A stretch of 64,000 nucleotides of DNA from Euryarchaeota archaeon UBA443. GTDB lineage: Archaea > Thermoplasmatota > Poseidoniia > Poseidoniales > Poseidoniaceae. The notes under the pieces are model-generated. The model saw only the letters and a program-made list of their open reading frames with translations, was not told the DNA's origin and did not search any database. The position numbers were made by a program, and so were the translations under genes. Positions 57,779 through 64,000 of the stretch are shown here, piece after piece; the stretch's first letter is position 1; each line of letters begins with the position of its first letter. The stretch covers positions 11,720 through 75,719 of the forward strand of contig DAKS01000039.1 in the NCBI GenBank assembly GCA_002499195.1. The letters are read 5' to 3'.

Positions 57779-58089
57779 GCACCGTTGAACAACTCCAAGT
57801 CGTTGTCTCAGAAGTCCAAAATGCACGACACAAAGTTGCTACTGTTCGAGCACAGTTGCAAGAACTGGAAACCACAATAACTGCAGTCGAAAAACATCCA
57901 GAAGGTATGGCTTTGCACCGACAACTCGGTGGAGTATTGGTTGAAGTCGATGATAAAGAAGAGTTGATTGAGGAACTCAAAACAACCCATTCAACACTTT
58001 CTGAACATGCGGAGCGACTTAGCGAACATGAAGCGAAACTCGTAGCAGCATACGATGAACTCAAGAAATCGCTTGAGGGAGAAGTTTGA
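57775..58089 (+). CDS. pfdB: Prefoldin beta subunit
   Basis: Coiled coil - hairpin (HRQLGGVLVE) - coiled coil, 104 aa; superoperon position. Confidence 0.8.
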   Translation: MSTVEQLQVVVSEVQNARHKVATVRAQLQELETTITAVEKHPEGMALHRQLGGVLVEVDDKEELIEELKTTHSTLSEHAERLSEHEAKLVAAYDELKKSLEGEV

Positions 58090-59078
58090 ACGATTACCAA
58101 CAAGATATTGCCGCGATGAAGCAATGGCTCGATTCAGCCATTGAACGTGGTGCAGTACCCGTCATCACTGGTCAAAATGGTGACATGGATACGATTGGAT
58201 CAGCCATTGCTTTAGCATCTATTCATCCTTCACTACTCGCTTGTGGACTTCACATAGGAAGGATTGCAAAACGAATGGTTGATCAATTGAGGGCACCATT
58301 TCGAAAGATTGCTGCTAAAGGCACAGTTTTTCCAGATCCACTCGGTGGTATCATAATCGTTGATGCTGCAGCACCAGAGCAAGTAGGTATTGACTTACCA
58401 GACGTGCCAAAGTTGATTATTGACCATCATGCAACCAATGGTTGGGAACTGAGTGAAGATGATTGCATGTTACAATGGGATGTTCGTGCAACGACAGAAA
58501 TTATTGCAACATACATGTTCGAGCATGAGAAAGAATCTTTGAGCGATTCGGTAAGAAGGATGCTTCTTGCTGGATTGATTACAGATACTGGACGTTACAA
58601 GCATGCAGATGCTGGTTCCTTTGCAATTACAACGCAACTCCTTGAAGGGGCGGATATCGACTATGCTGAATTCTGTGAGCACATTGAACGAGAGGAAACA
58701 TCACCATCTGAACGAGGTAGCCTCTTGCGAGGACTCAGCAGAACGAAACATCATGATGCTGGTGATTGGAGTCTCGTAACAACATATGCAGGGACACTTG
58801 AGGGTCGACTCGCCTCAATGTTGCTTGCAACGGGTTGTGATGTATCGCTAGTATCGCGTCATCGTGAAGGTGAAACACGATTGACAGCACGGGCAACACG
58901 AAAATCAACACTACGGGGAGTTCATCTTGGTTCTGTCATGAAAGCGATTGCTGAACAACATGGTGGGGATGGAGGCGGACATGATGGTGCTGCTGGATGG
59001 ACTGGAAACATCGATCGAATTCGCGCCGAATCAGCATTCATTGCACAACTTACATTGCAAGAAAAGGTGAAACTATGA
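58086..59078 (+). CDS. DHH/DHHA1 phosphoesterase (NrnA-like)
   Basis: GDMDTIGS, IIVD, IIDHH, AGLITDTG, GGGHDGAAG. Confidence 0.85.
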   Translation: MNDYQQDIAAMKQWLDSAIERGAVPVITGQNGDMDTIGSAIALASIHPSLLACGLHIGRIAKRMVDQLRAPFRKIAAKGTVFPDPLGGIIIVDAAAPEQVGIDLPDVPKLIIDHHATNGWELSEDDCMLQWDVRATTEIIATYMFEHEKESLSDSVRRMLLAGLITDTGRYKHADAGSFAITTQLLEGADIDYAEFCEHIEREETSPSERGSLLRGLSRTKHHDAGDWSLVTTYAGTLEGRLASMLLATGCDVSLVSRHREGETRLTARATRKSTLRGVHLGSVMKAIAEQHGGDGGGHDGAAGWTGNIDRIRAESAFIAQLTLQEKVKL

Positions 59079-60124
59079 GACCTAAGGCACCAGGATTGTA
59101 CATCTCCAAGTGGAGAGAAGAAGGACCTGTATCTCTCGAAGATGCTCTAAACTGGAGAGAGGATTTCGGTTGGAATGATTGGATGGCTATCATCGAAGCG
59201 GCCCTATACCTAGATGCTGCTGAACTAGTGGAACTTATTATTCCTGAATTAACACCTGCACAGAGAGCGACATTTGACTTGGTTCGAAGACGAATGCTCG
59301 GTGATAATCGTCTAGAAGAAGCGATTGACAAGGCATTAGAGGTTTGTAGATCCCCAGAAACTCGTGATTTAGCACTTGAGGGAAGACTTCGAATGGAACG
59401 AGGACTTCAACGATTTGAGAAAGGGGATTCAGAAGGAGCAGAGGAGGACCTAACATGGGCAGAAACACGCTTGAAGTCTGTTGCTAAGGCCAGTCGTGAC
59501 CATGACCTTTCCTTATTGAATAAAGCGGCATATCATATGGCATCTGGAGAGGATTTGATGGCACTTCAAGTGTATGGTGATATTTCTCGTCAAGAGAATC
59601 ACGCCCACGAAACCATTGCGATTTCACGTATTGGAGCCTCGCGCATACATGCTCGCTACGAACGTATGTTCGATGCTGCTCGAAATGCTTGGAACGGTCA
59701 TGCCCATGCAATTCTAGCCAATCAAGTTACAATGGCGATCGAAGCGGGAAGCCTCTTCCTCGACCTGTCCATTGGAGAGCAAAATCTTGAAGCAGTACGA
59801 TTCCAAGAACAAGTCGATGGTTCAAAACCTCGCGATGTTGGTGAAAAGGCTCCTGAATTGAAGGTTCATCCAGATGATATTTCGGGAGTTTTCGATTGGT
59901 GCATGAAACATCTTAACAAAGATCCAATGGGTCATGACCGACCTGATTTGCGAGCTATGATCATGATGGCACATCGTCTTGACCGTCTAAATGAATTTGA
60001 ATGGCTCATCGAGGAACCGAATCTAGTCGATGATTCGATGCTCGTTGCAGTCGTTCTTGGTTGCTCCCTTGAGGATGAGCAAAAAGTTGCATGGAATGAG
60101 CGTATGAAATCACTCATGCCCTAG
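59075..60124 (+). CDS. Hypothetical helical-repeat (TPR-like) protein
   Basis: ATGA overlap with DHH stop, SD AGGTGA; helical-repeat character. Confidence 0.65.
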   Translation: MRPKAPGLYISKWREEGPVSLEDALNWREDFGWNDWMAIIEAALYLDAAELVELIIPELTPAQRATFDLVRRRMLGDNRLEEAIDKALEVCRSPETRDLALEGRLRMERGLQRFEKGDSEGAEEDLTWAETRLKSVAKASRDHDLSLLNKAAYHMASGEDLMALQVYGDISRQENHAHETIAISRIGASRIHARYERMFDAARNAWNGHAHAILANQVTMAIEAGSLFLDLSIGEQNLEAVRFQEQVDGSKPRDVGEKAPELKVHPDDISGVFDWCMKHLNKDPMGHDRPDLRAMIMMAHRLDRLNEFEWLIEEPNLVDDSMLVAVVLGCSLEDEQKVAWNERMKSLMP

Positions 60125-60553
60125 TTCTATAGAATCTAGCCACTTGCTCAAGTCAACTACTTCCTGTATATCCCAATGGGTAAATTCAGGTAATTCTGTA
60201 AACCATTTAACCGTTGAAACGTGTTGATCTATTACCTCCCATGTCGGTTCTGAGAATGGTAAGTTTTCATCATCGACCACAACTAATCCAACCCAACCAT
60301 TTGGATAATACGTCTTGTTCCAAGCAAGGATTTCACCACAACCGCCCACTTCCTCACCAAGTTCTCGTTCAAGGGCTTGTTGTGGTGTTTCACCCTCTTC
60401 GATATGACCACCTGGAAATTCCCAGCCTCGCTGGGGATGCTGTACCATTAGGATTGAACCTGAATTGAGCACTGAGCGTGGATTACCTCGGGGAACAACA
60501 TAGGCCAATACGAACTTTGGATTCACTCGATCACCTACATCTGCGAACGGCAT
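60110..60553 (-). CDS. NUDIX hydrolase
   Basis: WEFPGGHIEEGETPQQALERELGEEVG Nudix box. Confidence 0.88.
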   Translation of the reverse strand: MPFADVGDRVNPKFVLAYVVPRGNPRSVLNSGSILMVQHPQRGWEFPGGHIEEGETPQQALERELGEEVGGCGEILAWNKTYYPNGWVGLVVVDDENLPFSEPTWEVIDQHVSTVKWFTELPEFTHWDIQEVVDLSKWLDSIELGHE

Positions 60554-61569
60554 TGCTCGAGATAGGTTTCCGCCCACCCTTCGCCAGAAGCAACAAGTCG
60601 ACGTGACAGGAAGAAAGCCTCTGAGATATTGCCGGACTCGATAAGTTCAATCAACCTCTTCTCGTCAATATTAATTTCTTGAGTTTCTTCTTCGACTTGT
60701 TGAACAGTTTCAGGCTCAGTTATTTCCTGACGTACACGCTTATTGAGTTGTTCCATTTGTTCAAGGAACGCTGTTCTATGTTCCAGTTTTGGACCACTCC
60801 AAGGTGTTTGTGCTTCACCATCCATTCGCTCAGTTAATCGATTCAAGAATTCGTCCCGTACCAGTAAATGCGGCATTAGGGTTTGGACATGGTCATAACA
60901 AGACCATGCTGAATCGATTTCTTGTCGTCTCTCGTGCAATCGTCCAAGTTGCATCCAAAGTTCATGATTGATAGGCCGATGTGCTAGAAGATGACGACTC
61001 AATTCTATGAATAGGTCTTCAAATCCTTGTAATCGTAAAAGTTCGATTCGACGACCGTAGACGATATTGGCACGTTGATCTCTAAAATCTAGATCTCGAC
61101 ACCGATCAGCGAATTCAGCGATTTCAAGCAACATTGCATCGCTTTGTTCATCACCCCCTCCACGTTGAACAAGTGCTTCCCACCAAGCATCTGGAGTGAG
61201 GGGGTCACGAGCAAATGCAGCTTCAAGCAGTTCCAATCCAAATTCAAGATAATCCAAGTTTTTCAATTTCTCGAATTGTTCAGTATCTCGTCCAAGTACT
61301 GTAAAGACATCTTCCAAAACAATTCCAAGTCCAACGTTGTCTTTGAGTCCAACTTTGATGTCAGCCAGACAGCGCCAGTTACGCTCGTCTGTAAAATCAT
61401 GTAATAGCGCCTGACGAGCGTTTTGTTCCGCCCATTGCATGTTCGATTCCTTTCTCTCAGGATCTGCTTTAGCGAGTCGGACAAATTTCTGCGCTTGTGT
61501 CCGATATCGATTACCTAGATTGCGTCGAGGGTGCTGCAAATCATCATGCGCAGATTGACTCATGACCAT
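60535..61569 (-). CDS. Hypothetical TPR-like protein
   Basis: ELWMQLGRLHERRQEIDSAWSCYDHV..L.P is a TPR-like unit. Confidence 0.65.
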   Translation of the reverse strand: MVMSQSAHDDLQHPRRNLGNRYRTQAQKFVRLAKADPERKESNMQWAEQNARQALLHDFTDERNWRCLADIKVGLKDNVGLGIVLEDVFTVLGRDTEQFEKLKNLDYLEFGLELLEAAFARDPLTPDAWWEALVQRGGGDEQSDAMLLEIAEFADRCRDLDFRDQRANIVYGRRIELLRLQGFEDLFIELSRHLLAHRPINHELWMQLGRLHERRQEIDSAWSCYDHVQTLMPHLLVRDEFLNRLTERMDGEAQTPWSGPKLEHRTAFLEQMEQLNKRVRQEITEPETVQQVEEETQEINIDEKRLIELIESGNISEAFFLSRRLVASGEGWAETYLEQCRSQM

Positions 61570-61571
61570 CC

Positions 61572-62843
61572 CTACTGGGCGCTCATGTAACCTTCTGGGT
61601 TATCTGAATGATGGATGGTTGCATCAAATCCAACTTTAGAAGTCAAACCATCTTGATAGCGAGATGGATCGAGGCTCGATCCTTTTTGATTCGAAAAGAT
61701 ATGCGTGTCTCGATCTGGCTGCCAACGGGTGACCATTGCCCATTCCACACGAACAGGATTGCTGATGTCGATATCTTCATCGACGATTGTAACCATCTTC
61801 ATCGATCGATGACCGGCTAATGCGGCTTCAATGGCTTTTCTTCCATCATCTTCGGATGTTTTTCGAATTTTGACAACGGCAGAAAGCCACCCACATCCCC
61901 CTTCAGTCATATGAACGTCAATACAATCAACAACTTTCGCAACGGCTTCTTTAATCGTAGGAGAACGAGGTAGACCCATGAGTGTCTTGTGCTCTGCTTC
62001 TCCTGGAATGAGGGCATGGAAAATCGGATCGTTTCGATGCAATACACCATCCACTTCGATTACAGGTTCTTGCCGGACATCATCGATTGTTCCGGTTATG
62101 TCAACATATGGACCTTCATCATCATCATCGAGCGTGATTCGGCCCCACATCGCATACTCGGCATCAGCAGGAACCTGAATTCCATTAGGCAATTCAACCA
62201 ATTGAAGCGGTTTGTTGTACAGTTTTTCGTGCAATGCAGCTGCTATGGTCAATTCATCTACCGGTTCATCAAACGACATTGCACCTGCTAGTAGAACAAC
62301 TGGGTCTGGAGCATTGACTATCGCTATGTCAACTTCTTCTCCCTGCTGCCTAGCTTGGTCTACCATTGTTCTAAGATGACGAGGGACAAGTCGAGCGACC
62401 AAATGATTCTCATCTCGTAAAAATTGGCGATGAAAACTCATGTTACGTTGGCCATTGACTTCGGCAATAATGACGCTTGCCGACATGTATCGGCCACGGT
62501 CTTGTGGCCAATGATGCGGAATTGGGAGCGAATGCAAATCGACTTGATCTTGCATATTATCAAACACTGCTGCTTCGGCTGGAGAAACTACTTCAGGTGT
62601 TGAAGGGTTTTTCATAGCCCATGCGAGTGTATCGATGTATACCTCAGGTTGAATCCCAATCGCCTCACATAGGCGGTCACGGGTAAGCATGTTGACCGAA
62701 ACTCGTTGCCCTGAAGTCTCCTTGATGTTTTCAAACAAGAGATTTGGATGCGATTGATTGGAACTTAATTCCCAGATACCATGGATTAGACTAATCTCTT
62801 GGTCGACGCGTTTAGCGTGCGAAAGATGATCACGGAATGCCAA
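61572..62843 (-). CDS. UbiD-family prFMN decarboxylase (probably anhydromevalonate-phosphate decarboxylase type)
   Basis: D.GRY, RNMSFHR, EGPYVDITG, IVDEDIDI..VEWA..TR, GSSLDPS, KVGFDAT. Confidence 0.88.
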   Translation of the reverse strand: MAFRDHLSHAKRVDQEISLIHGIWELSSNQSHPNLLFENIKETSGQRVSVNMLTRDRLCEAIGIQPEVYIDTLAWAMKNPSTPEVVSPAEAAVFDNMQDQVDLHSLPIPHHWPQDRGRYMSASVIIAEVNGQRNMSFHRQFLRDENHLVARLVPRHLRTMVDQARQQGEEVDIAIVNAPDPVVLLAGAMSFDEPVDELTIAAALHEKLYNKPLQLVELPNGIQVPADAEYAMWGRITLDDDDEGPYVDITGTIDDVRQEPVIEVDGVLHRNDPIFHALIPGEAEHKTLMGLPRSPTIKEAVAKVVDCIDVHMTEGGCGWLSAVVKIRKTSEDDGRKAIEAALAGHRSMKMVTIVDEDIDISNPVRVEWAMVTRWQPDRDTHIFSNQKGSSLDPSRYQDGLTSKVGFDATIHHSDNPEGYMSAQ

Positions 62844-62855
62844 CGTATCACGCCC

Positions 62856-63086
62856 TCAGAATTTCGTCTGAGTATCTTCGAGATAGCGTGGGCGTTCCTC
62901 TTCTTCGCTCTCGGCGCTTGCCGACATCATGTTCATTCCCGAAAATAAACCGATGAGACCAACAGCATGAGATGTTAGGATATCAACCTCGGAATCTACA
63001 ATTACAATCCAGTGATTAATGATGACCAAAAGGCCAAGAGCCATGGTCAAGAGCGCTACAATAGGTCGCATTCCTCTCGGAATCAT
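62856..63086 (-). CDS. Small two-TM hypothetical protein
   Basis: 76 aa, two hydrophobic helices, first gene of the ubiD run. Confidence 0.6.
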   Translation of the reverse strand: MIPRGMRPIVALLTMALGLLVIINHWIVIVDSEVDILTSHAVGLIGLFSGMNMMSASAESEEEERPRYLEDTQTKF

Positions 63087-63213
63087 GATACAACTAACAA
63101 CATCATGTTTATGATATTATTCTTCAATGCAGACGGTGGATTCATCACCTCGATGAAACGGCGACTTGATATATGAAAGCAAAGTCGGCAAAACGCTCGA
63201 ATGAGGTTTGAAC

Positions 63214-63642
63214 ATGGGTAGGGGACTCTTTGCAGGTGCAAAAATGGCCAAGGACCGCCAAAAATTTCGTTGGTCTGACCGACGTTACAAGAAGCGTATG
63301 CTCAAATCTCGTGCAAAGCACGATCCTCTAGCAGGATCCACTCAAGCCAAGGGTATCGTCATTGAAAAAGTCGGTATCGAAGCTAAGCAACCTAACTCAG
63401 GGATCCGTAAGGCAGTCAAAATTTCTCTCATCAAGAATGCGAACAAACTGACGGCATTCGCCCCTGGCGACGGTGCTATCAACTTTATCGACGAACACGA
63501 TGAAGTCATGGTCGAAGGTATTGGTGGACGTATGGGTCGTTCCTACGGAGATATTCCAGGAGTTAGATACAAGGTCATTCAAGTCAACGGTGTTTCACTC
63601 GATGAAATGGTTCGAGGACGCAAGGAGAAGCCGGTACGCTGA
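63214..63642 (+). CDS. rps12: 30S ribosomal protein S12 (uS12)
   Basis: [35 protein letters not shown]. Confidence 0.97.
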   Translation: MGRGLFAGAKMAKDRQKFRWSDRRYKKRMLKSRAKHDPLAGSTQAKGIVIEKVGIEAKQPNSGIRKAVKISLIKNANKLTAFAPGDGAINFIDEHDEVMVEGIGGRMGRSYGDIPGVRYKVIQVNGVSLDEMVRGRKEKPVR

Positions 63643-63652
63643 GGTGTTCATT

Positions 63653-64000
63653 ATGACAGAAGAAGAAGTCGACGAACGCCCAATCGCTGGAATTGGTACT
63701 CTAGTATTTGGAAAGTGGGATGCTACAGAAGTTGTCTGTAACGATCCTGGTCTTGCTCCATACGTTAACCTCACGACTGTTGGTGTACCACACACCGGCG
63801 GCCGTCATGCTAACATGTGGTTTGGAAAATCTAAACTCAGCGTAGTAGAGCGCTACATCAACAAACTAATGCGAACTGGTGCATATACTGGTAAGAAGCA
63901 ATCTGCAATGAAGGCATTTGAGAGTTCTCTCGATGTTATTGCTGAGCGTCGTAACATGAATCCTCTACAAGTTTTCGTTGATGCTATATGCAATGCAGCA
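63653..64000 (+). CDS. rps7: 30S ribosomal protein S7 (uS7), 3'-truncated by window edge
   Basis: Own translation: VFGKWD..DPGL..PHTGGRH..VVERYINKLM..GKK..NPLQVFVDAI.NAA; SD GAGGTG. Confidence 0.95.
   Translation, partial: MTEEEVDERPIAGIGTLVFGKWDATEVVCNDPGLAPYVNLTTVGVPHTGGRHANMWFGKSKLSVVERYINKLMRTGAYTGKKQSAMKAFESSLDVIAERRNMNPLQVFVDAICNAA

Noticed and set aside
183-63795. Numerous 60-170 aa antisense or alternate-frame ORFs in the track (e.g. 53403-53915, 57675-58124, 17532-17978)
   Set aside because: Shadows of well-supported genes with no motifs of their own
1-64000. tRNA, rRNA, SRP RNA, CRISPR arrays, IS elements, integrases, proviral or defence genes
   Set aside because: Intergenic gaps are at most about 150 nt; no cloverleaf, repeat-spacer pattern, or transposase/integrase motif seen

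Overview
Gene-dense archaeal core-genome segment with no rRNA, tRNA, CRISPR or mobile element visible. Gene content (PAN, PriS, RFC-L, TiaS, Dph6, proteasome/exosome superoperon, archaeosortase, long Lhr, split transketolase plus transaldolase, large acidic surface proteins) fits a Thermoplasmatota archaeon, most likely Marine Group II (Ca. Poseidoniales); this placement is an inference. The window is mostly housekeeping. The stand-out observations are: (1) a stand-alone half-size eukaryote-like deoxyhypusine hydroxylase (DOHH) 5 nt downstream of mqnD, followed by a LIM-like zinc-finger microprotein; (2) a non-canonical TATA-position element TTCAWR exactly 29 nt upstream of the ATG of nine genes; (3) a Get3/ArsA ATPase with an HSP20-like tail directly upstream of SRP54 and an ArsC; (4) futalosine-pathway genes mqnE, mqnA and mqnD; (5) a lectin/LamG/PPC/EF-hand surface protein tail-to-tail with an archaeosortase; (6) a probable ATC start for tiaS; (7) all nine convergent gene pairs overlap. 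All annotation is by motif recognition from memory; no database search was run.
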